A stretch of 63,375 bases of DNA, the filler included, from Neoconidiobolus thromboides FSU 785 (lineage: Eukaryota; Fungi; Entomophthoromycota), in assembly GCA_025603075.1 (NCBI GenBank). It is 4 parts of 4 records of this genome, joined end to end, with 100 filler letters (N's around TTAATTAATTAA, not from the genome) between each part and the next. Parts side by side here need not be neighbours in the genome. Positions count along the whole stretch, not along the records: positions 17,457 to 36,661 come from MU626561.1; positions 36,762 to 49,491 come from MU626630.1; 2 more parts are not named here. One strand, given 5' to 3'. Of this stretch, positions 25,294 to 37,953 are shown one piece after another. Both the position numbers and the translations under genes were made by a program. Each line of letters begins with the position of its first letter. Position 1 is the stretch's first letter. The notes under the pieces are model-generated. The model saw only the letters and a list, made by a program, of their open reading frames with translations, was not told the origin of the DNA and searched no databases.

Positions 25294-26183
25294 ATGATAA
25301 AAATTGGCGCTAAACTACAATTATTTGCGAAATCCTTACCACTAAGTTTAAAATTTAAACTTAATTATTCAACAGCAGGTACTACAACTACTATTGTTAA
25401 ACCCACTAATATTACTGCCAATGGTAAGTTACAGGTATTAAAACATAGAATATGATATACTAACAATCTTTTTACTCAGTTGAAAAATTTTCATTACTTG
25501 ATTGGCGTGTGGGCGAAATCATTGAAGTCAAAGAACATCCAGAAGCAACTCAATTATATATAGAAAAAGTGAATATAGGCTTATCCGAACCAATAACATT
25601 AATATCTGGATTAAAAGGGTATTACAAAATGGAAGAGTTATTGGTAGCTAAATAATAGAGTATTTAATCAAGTATATTAATTTATTATTGTTATTAATAG
25701 AATCGTAAAGTAATTGTTTTCTGTAATTTAAAACCAGCAAAGTAAGTTCTTTATTTTATATTTATTTTTATTTTTATTTTTATTTTTAATATTAAATAAT
25801 AAAGAATGCGAGGTATCTTATCTAGTGGTATGCTATTAGCTATAGTACAAAAAAAAGAAGATGGATTTTTAGTAGAGTTAATTCAACCTAATGAAAACGT
25901 AGAAGTTGGAACTAAAGTTACATTACAAGAAGAAGCTTTAGATAATGGTAAATAATATTATCATAATTTAATTTATTTTTATATAATTATAGATGAATCT
26001 ATTGAAAATGAATTACTGCCTTTAATTAATAACAAAAAATGGAATAAAATACAAAATAGATTTGAAATGAAAAATGGTAATATTATTTACAAATCAGAAA
26101 TAAATAATGAAAAGGAATATCAATTGTTTACAAAGAATTATTCATTAATGGGAAATACATTAAAATCGGGAGTTATTGGTTAA
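25294..26183 (+). CDS. Stand-alone tRNA-binding OB-fold (EMAPII/Arc1-like) protein with a probable mitochondrial presequence, multi-exon
   Basis: LDWRVGEIIEVKEHPEATQLYIEKVNIG...NRKVIVFCNLKPAKMRGILSSGMLL. The N-terminus is basic/hydroxylated with no acidic residues. Confidence 0.85.
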
Positions 26184-26342
26184 ATCATATAACACATTTA
26201 ACATAGAAATAAAACAAATTAAATAAATAAATTACTTTATTTTTTAAATCATTTTAGAATTTTAATCTTTTTTTAAGCATTATTAAAATTAAGTTGACTC
26301 AGCTTAAAGTTCATTGTTTTTATTGATTTAAACTTTCAAAAA

Positions 26343-27604
26343 ATGAGTTTAGCAACAGCAACGTTTAATGAAATCTTAGATGATTTATCATGGTAATAAT
26401 TGTCTCCTTTTTATATATCAATATAATAATCTAATTTTATAGTCGTTTTATTATTAATATACCAGCTGAAGAAAGTTTAACAGTTGAACGTTTAGGATTT
26501 CAAATTGAAGAAGCCCATTGGTTTTATGAAGATTTTATAAGAGAATTAAATCCCAGTTTACCCAATTTCACTTTAAAAAACTTTTCTAATAAATTATTTA
26601 CTCATTGTCCACTATTAAAGAAATGGTCTTCAGGACATGATCAACATTATGGCAATTTTTTAGACTATAAATTAACGGTACCAGTGTGTGGTGCTATTGT
26701 CTTAAATAGGGAATTGAATGAGGTAAATAGAAGAGAAGAAAGTGAAATGATAGTATAATTGATGTTAATTTTTTTAATAGTGTGTTTGTGTTAAAGGGTA
26801 TAGTAATCGTTCTACTTGGGGTTTTCCTAGGGGTAAAATTGATAGCAATGAAGAAGATTATGTTTGTGCAATAAGAGAAGTAAGTCTCAAGTTTAAAAAT
26901 AGATTGTCTTTAACTAAATTAAATTAAATTTAACAGCTTAAAGAAGAAATAGGCTTTGATTTAACACCATACATTCAACCTGAACAATATATTCAAATTT
27001 ATGTAAGAAAACAACGAATAAAATTATTCATTATACCGTGTATACCAAAACATTTGGAATTTAAACCAAAAACTAGAAAGGAAATAAGTGTAAGTTAAAG
27101 ATCAGTTTTAGGTTTAATGAAATTAGATTAAAATGAAACTTATTTTAGCGAATTCAATGGTTTCCTTTATCTTATTTCCCTAATTTTACTACCAAAAATG
27201 TACCTCAAGATGCTCCAATTCAATCAGAACTTAAATTAGAAGGCCATGGGAGGTTTTATTTAATTAATCCATTTATGAAGTAAGTTAAATACTATTTGTA
27301 ATGATTTTGTTAATAGAATTAACTATCTTATTGTAGTCAACTTGCTAAATGGATTGAAAAATACAAACATACACCTCAATATAAATTAGATATTCAACGA
27401 TCTTATACAGTTAAATTAAATTTAGAAGAAGAGGAAGGAGTTAAGAAAGCTTCAAATTTAAAAAATTACAAAGGGGAAGAAAAAAGATTTGATAATCAAA
27501 TATTAACTACTTTGGAAGCTAACTATAAGGTGGCGGAAATGAACGATTTTCAATTTGATACCAAATTAATTATGGCTAATTTAGATTCTATATTGTTTTC
27601 TTGA
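26343..27604 (+). CDS. DCP2: mRNA decapping enzyme Dcp2 (Box A + Nudix), multi-exon
   Basis: LDDL.RFIINIP...FQIEEAHWFYEDF...YKLTVPVCGAIVLN...WGFPRGKI..NEEDYVCAIRELKEEIGFD. Confidence 0.95.
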
Positions 27605-27797
27605 TAGTTTTCTTTATTAAATGATTTATTATTATTTATAGCCCGACTTTTTTATATTATCATACTTTTGCAATTAAAAAGCAATTATAAAATAATTAAG
27701 GAAATGCAATTGATTTTTTATTTATTTATTTTTTATTTTGATTAGTGAAAGTTAAACTACATTTTTATGTAATTTAAGAAAAGTTAGATCCCTTTCT

Positions 27798-29994
27798 TTA
27801 ACCCATTCTGATAATACCAAAACTAATTAATTTACGAATATTAGCAGCAACAGTAGGATTCTTCATATGTCTAAAATAAATTCATAAATATATTATTCGA
27901 TAAATGGTAATAAAAACTTACTCTTGAATAGCAGCTGGATTAGATTGCATTTGTTGTAAAATTTGTTGCATTACGGGATCTTGCATAATACGTTGAACTT
28001 CTGGATCTTCAGCTGCTCTTTTCAATGCTTCTTGACGTTCTTCTTCAGTAGCCGGGCCAGATGGTAATGAAGTTAAGGCTTGATTGGCTTTATAAATTTG
28101 TTGTTCAATTTCATTAGTATGTTTTCCATCAACATCATGTTGTTTAGCTTCCTCGCAAATTTCAATACATTTGCTATAGTCTTTCTTTAAAAACTCAATC
28201 GTGGCTTTACGTATGTAGGCCTTAACTATAGTTTATGTTAATATTATATTCCCAGTACTAAATTAAAAAAATTACCAAAAGTTGGATCTAATGCGATACA
28301 AGTATCACAATCTTTGATAGCTTCATGGAAAGCCATTAATTTAGTATAACAAGCTGCACGATTAGAATAACATCTTGGATCTTTTTCATCTCTCTTAATA
28401 GCTTCAGTGTAATGTTTAACAGCTTCTACAAAGTTGCTCTTTTTGAAGTATTCATTTCCTTTTTCTCTTGCTTGATTAGCTAATTCTGGGTTATAGTAAG
28501 CTTCCTTTTCTCTAAGTACCTTGGCCTTTTCAGCCTAAAAATAAATCTGTTAGTTCAATCTGCTCATTAAGATATTAATTCTAATTACTTCTTTAAGTTT
28601 GGTAAGAATATCAGCAGTACGATGCTCAGTAAGTGATTTATTGAAATATTTGATGGCGTTATCTAAATCGTTCTTTTTTAGATAAGCATTACCGATACGA
28701 CCGAAAACCCTAACAAATGTTAAATAAACAATGTTAAAATTTAGCTTATCAACTTACTTTGCAATCAATTTAAAGTCAGCACGATGCTCACGTCCGGTTT
28801 CAACTGCTTCTTCACATACTTTGATACATTCATCATATTCTCCCATTTCAAATAAAACAGCTATAAAACGTTATTCACTTATTTCATGTTTCTATAATAA
28901 GCTTACCAGTTTTATTAGTAAGGATAGTAATATTAGTATTATCAAGTTCAAAAGCGTTGTTAAAATGGGTTAAAGCTTGAGCAAAATCGCGTTTTTTATA
29001 AGCTTGGGATCCAAGATCTTTTTCTTTAAGGGCTTCATTCTTTTTGATATCTTCTTCAGTTAATTCTTTAACTTCTTCAACGACTGGTTCTGGCTCTGGT
29101 TGCTTTTTTGGCTCTTCTTTTGGAGCAGATGGTCTTGGTGCTTCACCTGCTTGGCCAGCTGCTGATGGTGGCATGAATGGGTTATTAGCGCCTCCACCAG
29201 CCATCATAGCATCCATACCCATCAAGCAAAACATGGTATTCATAATACGAGTATCATCCATATATCTGATAGGTTATAAATTAATATCAAATTATTTAAA
29301 TATATTATAAAGTAGTTATTATAATAAGTAAACTTACTGGGATAAAGATTTAGGATCTTGTTGGATAGCAGAAATCTTATTTTTATAATCTTGGTCATTT
29401 AAAAAGTGGGAAATTTTTGGATTGGCTTGAATTTTTCCAATTACATCTCCTTGGAAGATGTTGGCTAAACCATTGAGGCCTAATTTTAAATGTTAGTTTT
29501 TATTTTACAAATAATATCACTTTATTTTACCTTTAGCTGAAGCAGCTTCTTCAACTTGACGTAACCCGGCCTCAAGTGTTTTGTTTCCAGGTTCAACCTT
29601 TAACCCTTCTTCATAAGTTCTAATTGAGTTATCAAAGTCACCTATTCCATGGTAGGCAGCCGCTTTACGACTATAACCCTGAAATAATTAATATTCCTAC
29701 TACATTATTCCTTCAAAAAATGCTTACCTTAGCCCAATCAGGCTTTAACTCAACAGCTTTAGTACCATCTTCTAAAGCAGCTTGATAGTTCTTTAAAGAA
29801 GAATAAGAAGCTGAACGGTTAGAATAGAGTACATGATTATTTGGATCTTTTTCAATAGCTTGTGTAAAATATTTAATTGCTGTTTCATGATCTCCAGCTA
29901 CAAATGCTTTGTTTCCTAATGCTTTTAGTTCTTCAGCCTATTGAATTTCTTTCATTAGTTATGTTTGACGTTTATTAGAGCGACTCATTACCAT
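27798..29994 (-). CDS. STI1: Hsp70/Hsp90 co-chaperone Sti1/HOP (TPR1-DP1-TPR2A/B-DP2); first exon is only the ATG
   Basis: [13 protein letters not shown]...YSNRSASY...[14 protein letters not shown]; EKGNEYFKK; C-terminal DP motif [22 protein letters not shown]. Confidence 0.95.
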
Positions 29995-31215
29995 TCTTGT
30001 TATTTAAAATTGTCAAATTTATTTTTTTTTGCTTACTCTTCCTCAACTTTTATACATTTTGATAAAATTACTTTGGCCAATTAAATTCGTTATCAAATTG
30101 GGCAATTTAGATAGCTACCAAAGTAACAGTAATAACCTAATGAATTTAAATTGTATCGTGTAATAAGCTACAACATAAATTTAATAAATATTTATTTAGA
30201 GTTTTACAAAAAAAATATAAGGATGATAGTAATTTAATATTATTTGTTAATATTCAGGATATGAAAGTACATGATACTTAACCTGCTAAAGTTTTCTTAG
30301 ATTATTGCCCATTTGTTTTTTTGGAGTTTGACATCAATGGTTTAGAAGCATCTAGAAATAAAATTATTTTTTCGAATTTGTGTCTTGATTTAAATTTTAT
30401 TTATAATAAAAACTATTTTTATAGAACTTATACCTTATAATTTTCAAATCTAAAATATATTATTTAAAAATACAACATTAAATTATGAAAACCTATTTCC
30501 TTATTTTAACGATAGTAAATTTACAAACCTCATTAATAATTCCAATACTTCGTGTTTTTTCAGTTTTTTAAATTACGAGATATTGCATAATCAAAGAAAA
30601 TATTTCAAAGTTTTCAAAGCAAAAATAGCTAAAAATTTGATTACCGTTTTGTAATATGGAAATATTATACAAATAGTACAATGAAATCTTTTTGAAGTTT
30701 AGAAATATCAATCTTCATAAATGAAAATACTAAAAGAAAATATAAACCTGTTAATGTTGTCTTGCAAGTTTTTTAAAGGTTCAGTCCCTTTTAGGCAAAG
30801 GCTTTAATTAAAAATATCAATAAAGATACTTAAACTATTGATACAAAGGTTTATAAAATTGATGGTGTTTATAAGGCTTTTAGTAAAAACAGTAGTTTTT
30901 CATATGATATATTACTATCTTCCACTAGTTAACGTGTGTTAAAATAGATTTTAATTAATTCTGTTAGTTTAATTATTATAATGATAAACGTTGGTTATTA
31001 AACTTCCAGCCTTAACAAAGCCAATTAAAACTTACTTAACTAATTTACTATTTAAATAACCAACAAAGCATCTAACGATGACGTCGACTTGTCCCAACAT
31101 TTGAGGCAATAATTGATTAATAAATGATGATTGGTTATAAAAGGCAACTGTAAAAAGAGCATTAAAATAAAAATAAAATGAAATTGAACCATTAATACAA
31201 TTTATTTAATTGACA

Positions 31216-34200
31216 ATGAAAGAAAAATCTGAGGTCAAAGGGGAAAAAGGGAGCTCGATAAAAGAAAAGGAGATCAAAAACCTATCGAGCACATTGACTA
31301 GTTCAGAATGGGGCTGCTTAGGTGTATTAGCATTGTTAGCATTAACTTTAAGGCTTTATAAGCTTAATTTTCCACTTAAAAAGATGTAAGTCTATAGATT
31401 GCTAATTTAATCTTATAAACATATTCATTCTAAACTTAATTTTCATAAACCAGTGGAACTGAAAAAGACGCAGCAAGTAGTATAGCTAGTTATTTATCAG
31501 GGATCTATGTATTAGATAAAAAGCCATCTTTGTTATACATGGTTTATAGTGCCCTCGGAGTTATTTTTGGAATGGAAGTAGAAGAGATCAAAAATAATAG
31601 GTAAAAACAAGTGATACTAATAGTTTATTTTTCTTAACTATTCTATAATTTTAGCGGCATTTTAGTAGATCTCACATTAAAAAGTACCTCAATGTTACGC
31701 TTATTTAACGCTCTATTTTCGACTGGTTTAGTACCTTTAACTTTTGTTTTATTAAAACAGTTTGGAGTAGATTTATGGATCAATTTATGCATTACTATGT
31801 TTGTAGTAACTGATAGTTCCTTTATTTTAATCTCAAGATATTTACCAAATGTTGCGATTTCTTGTTTAATCTCTGTAGGGTTATTTTATTCATTAACGTC
31901 TTTTACAAAGCTTGAGAGAGAGTAAGTTTGTGTTCCCTTATAGTGCTTTAGAGCTACTTATACGTTTTTTTTAGCAATTATAGTCTTAGTTGGTATCAAA
32001 ATTTGTTCATGTCAGGGATTTTATTTGGATTATCGTTAAGGCAAGCTATATTTATTAAATAATATCAATATTTTTAATTCATTTTAAAACAGTAATAGTG
32101 ATTTCAGCATATTAGATTTTGTTATGGTATTCTTTTTCATGTTGCATAATATGAATCAAATTTTAAAGCAAGGGAATCGAGAAGTGGTAAATTAATATAA
32201 CTCATGACCAATATAATATAGTAATTTTATTTAGTTTTCCATCCTTAAAATAATGAGATTCCAAAGTTTCAACACATTTATATTACCAGTTTTAATTTAT
32301 GGTTTAGCTTTTTTCATTAGCTTTTATTCAAGACAAAATTATTCACCATTGGCAAATAAAAGTGTATCTATCGAATTCCAAGCTACATTGAAAAACAATC
32401 CTTATATTAGTGGTACTGAAAAAAGTAATTGAAGCTTATTATTGTATCTTAAAATTTGTTTATTTCTTAACTTTGTATAGGCTTATATTATGGATCTATA
32501 ATTAAAATCCGTCATGCTGAAACTCCGTTTGGTTATCTTAGTTCCCACAACAAGCCTTATCCAGGCGGAAGCAATCAACAGTATGTTACGATTAGAGAAA
32601 TTGATTCTGAAAGATTCTCTTATTGGGCAATTGAAACACCCTACCTTGCTTCACGTAATTACACAGAGAGACCAATTTATCCATTAGATGGCAATGGATT
32701 AAATGTAACTGCTTCTAACTTACAGCCTCTCAAAGTATATCATCCTAAAAGAGAATTAAGACATAACGACTTGATAAGATTAAGACATGTTGATTCAAAA
32801 TGTTATTTACATTCTCATGAACTAAGACCCCATTTTTCTAATCAGGACTATATTAACGAAGCATCGTAAGAAATAATAATTCTAATTATACTATCAATAA
32901 TGTTAATTTTAATAATTATTAGGTGTTATGGGTTTGAAGATTTCTTAGGGGATGAAAACGATAATTTTAGAATTCAATTGAGAGAAAGTATTGATGATAA
33001 AATTGAAAAAATAGATGAAGAAGATAAGGAGCTATTCCAAAAGAAGAGGGATGAGCTAAGAAAGAGTTTAAAGCCTATTTTAGCATTCCAAAGTAAATTT
33101 CGGTTCCATCATGATTTGACTGATGGTAATTTATATTCAAGACCTATTAAACTTGGAGACTATTCCAAATTGAACAAAACAGATGATGTATCAAGTTATG
33201 AAGTCTTTACTATAAGAGATAGCTTTTTACCAAGATCTCTATTTGAAGTTGTATATAATTTACCACCAATTGCAGTAGATGAGGATGGGAATATTATGGA
33301 CGACATAAAAACAGACCCTTTAGTTAAAGAGTTAATCGAAGATACTATTAAACCGGTACCAAGTAGTCTTTTTAGTAAAATATCTGAGGTCATTCAACGT
33401 ACTTTATATCAATCAGATAATACCAATTTTGAACAATCCAATATAATTGATTGGCTCTTATTGAAGAAAGGTGTAACTTTATTTAAATCTGGGAAGGAGT
33501 TGATCTATTTTATTACTAACCCATTACATCATATATTGGGTACATTCAGCGTATTATTTTATTTGACATACAACTTTATTTTATTATTGATTAATAAGAG
33601 ATATCAAAAGAGAACCAACAGCCAAGATGAAGATGATTCAAGTTACCTTACCATTATCAGCTATGGATGCCACTTTATACCGTGGTTATTTATTAAAGAT
33701 AAGTCCTTGATAAGCTATACACTAAGCTATTATTTTTCATTATTATTATTTGGATTAAGTTTAGATCAAATGTGTAACAAAATGGGTGGTGGCTTGGCAA
33801 AGAAGGGAGCTGCTATTCTATTGATGACGCTTTCATTACTATCGTATTATTCTTATTCTAAGATAATTTACGGTTTAAATTCCGACTGCAATCCTATATT
33901 TTACTCGAAGAATTGGGATATCAGTTGTAACTCAAATGAAGCAGAATTCGATCCTATATTCGATAGTGACGTTGTTAATACAGTTATTCAATATGTGGAT
34001 AAGGATGGTAACCTAATTGTTGGAGGAGGGGAAGATGAAAATGTCCAAGAAGTTACTGAAGAAAAGATAGTATACGTAGATCAATTTGGAAATAAAATTG
34101 AAGAAGAAATAAAAGAAAAGATTGTATATGTAGATGAAAATGGAAATGAGATTCAGCCACATCAGATCAAAGAAGGTGGTGTTAAAGAAGAGATTGTATA

Positions 34201-34492
34201 CGTAGATGAAAATGGAAATAAAATTGAAAAAGATGTTAAAGAAGAAATTGTCTATGTTGATGAAAAAGGGAACAAGCTTGAACCAGATCAGGTTGAAGGT
34301 AATGTGGTTAAACAAGAGGTTGTTTATGTGGATCAAAATGGTGCTCCTATACCAAAAAAGAATGAGAAAGTGGTTGTTGAAGTAGCAACTGAAACTTTTT
34401 TTGCAACTGAAGAGATTACCGTTACTGAAGAAGGAGAAATAAAGACTAAAGTGGTTAGAGTGCTTGCTGATGACGATGATGATATATTATAA
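31216..34492 (+). CDS. Divergent dolichyl-phosphate-mannose protein O-mannosyltransferase (PMT)-like protein with MIR domains and a repeat-rich C-terminal tail
   Basis: PMT membrane motifs (MLRLFNALF..LVPL; SIEFQATL), MIR motifs (YYGSIIKIRH, YLSSH..PYPGGSNQQ, YLHSH; FRFHH..T..NLYS) and WDISC. Exons join through short introns. Confidence 0.85.
33983..34350 (+). repeat. Six intragenic (I/V)xYVDxxG(N/A) peptide repeats
   Basis: YVDKDGN, YVDQFGN, YVDENGN, YVDENGN, YVDEKGN and YVDQNGA, separated by acidic spacers. Confidence 0.9.
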
Positions 34493-35313
34493 TAAAATAT
34501 TTTAAGGCTTATTAAATTTATACGGTTTTTAAATGTGATAATTTGCTTTTATTTAAAATTACATTATAAATAAAAAGCTAACAACTGATCATGTTCTAAT
34601 AAATGTATTTATTAGCTTTAGAACAGCATATTCTCAAGATTCTTTTTAGATAGATATAGAAAATAAAACAATATGCAGATAAAGGAATTGCATGAACTAT
34701 CAAAAACAATACAAAATTTTAATCATTATCAAAAAACTCTAAAATATTCAACTATGATGTTTTTATATTATAGGCTTTATACTTATAATTTTTTCAGTTT
34801 CAATAATTTAACAAAATTTTATGTTATTTTCCATTTAAAGCAAATCACTAGAAAACTTGGAAAATAATGGCATCACGTATTTATTCTAGAGTATTTTTTC
34901 AAGAAAGCTAAGAATACAAAATTGCATCTCTCGTCTCTTCATCAAATACTTCTTGTTATGATATTAGTGCTATTGCTTATATATTATAACATATTGCTCA
35001 TCTAATCTGTAATATAAAATTATATTCAAATAAAGCAACATCACAGCTAAAAAGGATAATCAACAGAAAGGGCAAGTCAACATTTGATTGGCAGTTAAAA
35101 ACAAAAAGTAAGAATATTAAAAACTCAAAAAGATCAAAAAGAGTCAACATTAAAAAAAATAACTTTGTTGTTTACTTATGCATCTCTAAATCAAGCTTAA
35201 ACTCCCTTTTTTCTTTTTTGCTTTTCAGTTAGTATATTTGAGATCCAATACAAACTTGTTAAAATTAAAGCTTAGTTATAGCTGTTTAAATTCAATTATT
35301 AACTTATAAAAAA

Positions 35314-36661
35314 ATGGGATTTTCGCCTGATAAAACATTTAGGTAATAAGCGTTAACTTAAACCTGAAATTTTAGGACCATCAAATCTTAATTTATAGCT
35401 CAAAAATTAACTTATCAAACAGGCTTAGAGACTTTCATGTAGATCCAAAAATACTAGGACGAGGTACGTATGGTGTTGTGTATTCGGCCAAGGGAAAAAA
35501 GGATGGTAAAATATATGCCATTAAAAAATCTTTTGTATACAAAGAAGACGATGGGATACCACAATCAGCTTTGAGAGAAATTAGCTCGTTGAAAAAATTA
35601 GCACATCCTAATATTGTATCGTAAGTAGTTAAAATATGCTTTCGAATAGTTCAGCTAATATTTATATAGCCTTATAAGTATCAGATACCTCTTCCGTGAG
35701 CTTTATCTTGTGTTCGAAAGGTTGCCTCAGGATTTATCCATGCTAATCAAGAATGCTGATCCTTACATTGGTATTCCTCAAAAATCTATTAAGGTAACTT
35801 AGTTCATATTTAAAATTTGATTGATGATAATAACTAATATTTAGATCTTTATGTTAGATATAGCTAAAGGCCTGAATCATATCCACTCTCATGGGTTTGT
35901 ACATCGTGATTTAAAACCAGGAAATATATTAATTGATGCCCAAGGTAGACTCAAGATTGGTGACTTTGGTTTAATGAGACGTAAGATGTCAAAGGAAAGA
36001 AAATATACTCAAGAAGTAATATTGATTATTGCATCAATTTTGTAATAAATTAACATAGCTATAAGGTGGTTACTCTTGGTTATAGAGCTCCTGAAGCTTT
36101 ACTTGAGACTACAAAACATGATGCTTCACTTGATATTTGGAGTATGGGTTGTATATTTGCTGAACTATTTTTATTAACACCATTGTTTAAAGGTAATTAG
36201 AACAACTATAATAACTATAATAACTATACAAATAAGAATAACAATTTAAATATTAATTTAGCTGAAAATGCTGATGGACACTTAGATTTAATTTTTAAGT
36301 AAGAAAAATTAATTGGGAAACTCAATAAATATTGATTATTTATTTTAGAACACTTGGTATTCCAACTGAAGCTACTTGGCCCGGAGTTACTAACTTTGAA
36401 AAGTTCCAAAAGTATATCCATAATACTTACAGACCACAGGGTCTTCATAACGCTTGTCCAAATATGACTGAAGAAGTTAGAGAAATTCTTGAGGTATGGT
36501 TCATTTTATATAGTAGTGTAATTTAGATTATTGACTTTATAATTGTAGGAAATCTTAGTTTGTAACCCAAAAAGAAGGATGAAAGGCACACAGTTTGTTT
36601 CTTTACCTTATTTTGCTATTGAAGAAGACCACGTATATCATAGGCTAGTTAGGATGCCTAG
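35314..36661 (+). CDS. Divergent cyclin-dependent kinase (PQSALRE), multi-exon, truncated at the contig end
   Basis: [59 protein letters not shown]. Confidence 0.9.
36153..36661 (+). repeat. 509-bp direct repeat identical to 17457-17965
   Basis: See the first copy. Confidence 0.95.
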
Positions 36662-36761
36662 NNNNNNNNNNNNNNNNNNNNNNNNNNNNNNNNNNNNNNN
36701 NNNNNTTAATTAATTAANNNNNNNNNNNNNNNNNNNNNNNNNNNNNNNNNNNNNNNNNNNN
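36662..36761. other. Artificial contig spacer
   Basis: N run with the TTAATTAATTAA linker. Confidence 0.97.
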
Positions 36762-37088
36762 TCCACTATTAATACCAAATAGTTGAGTAAATGATTTTTT
36801 ATTTAGATCTAGTCCAAAGCCACCTTTATCTACTGCCATGACATAAACAAACTTGCCATTCTTTGCAGTAACTTTTAAACATGCACCACATTCATTTAAG
36901 GTTAATGATTGAACTGCAGTGATTCTATTGATATCCATATGACTACCTTTATAACCACAGAATACAGGATTAGTATCTAAACGAGGTAGATCAACATCAT
37001 AGTAATGAGAACTGATTTTGGCTCTTCCAGAAGTGCCACAAGCAACGATAGAGATTAAATAAGCTAATGAAACTAAATTCAAATTCAT
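36762..37088 (-). CDS. Secreted RlpA-like double-psi beta-barrel (expansin/loosenin-like) protein, 3'-truncated
   Basis: Signal peptide; CG...ITAV...CGACLKVT...VMAVDKGGFGLDLNKKSF pattern typical of DPBB proteins. Confidence 0.75.
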
Positions 37089-37846
37089 ATTTTAACGACT
37101 CACAGAGTTCAATTGATTTTATATTTTGTTCGAAGTGCTTTTAACCTTCTTTTATATATGAATTTTTATCATTTATTAATAGTTAATTTTTATCATTTAT
37201 TGATAGTTAATTTTTAATTTTTAAGAGATTTTATTTTAACTATAAAATAATGTCATTTCTATATCTAAACTTTATAGCATTTTAATTATTAGAATCTGAT
37301 AGCTCTGATTAATTATTATACTTTTGAATGGTTGAACCTTTGCTAACTAGACGTTTTTATTAGCTTAATTTGCATTTTTACATTTTTATTGTTACTAGAA
37401 TATTGAATTTAAATAAATCAACAAATTAACTAAAAGTTTCGTTAAATGCTGCTTCCCTTTTATGGAAAAGAGCAAACTACTGTAAATCCAATCTAAAAAA
37501 TATAAAAAAGACCATAGTTTTTATTTTATGACCTTCAGCTCTATATTATATTGTTTCTTTTACGCTTATCGATTACTATATGTATTAATAAGTGATTTTA
37601 TTATCAATATAGCTTTTTATCTCTTTTATGTAAATAAGAATTTATTTAACTTGAGTAAAAATTAATAAATAATAAAGTGTTTGCAAACACTGTTTCAAAA
37701 TTTTAAATATAGACCTTACTTATATTAGCAAGTACTTAAGTAAAATAAGCGATGATAATAATTGGTATATAGATAGTGGCCTATTTAAAAAACTTTGGGT
37801 TCTTTACTTAATAAAATACTTGCTAAAAAAACAATTGATGGAATTC

Positions 37847-37953
37847 ATATGGGAGTGTCTTTTTTGACTTCATTATTTTTTCCATTTTTTAAGTGCTATT
37901 TAAGCGGAAAATTTGTTAGTAAGATTCTTAAATACAAAAATACATCCCCATAT
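37847..37953 (+). mobile_element. MITE copy
   Basis: ATAT-GGGAGTG...ATACATCCCC-ATAT. Confidence 0.9.

Noticed and set aside
32009-32040. Apparent frameshift in the PMT-like gene
   Set aside because: Recounting from the 31974 acceptor keeps the frame (SWYQNLFMSGILFGLSL), so there is no lesion.
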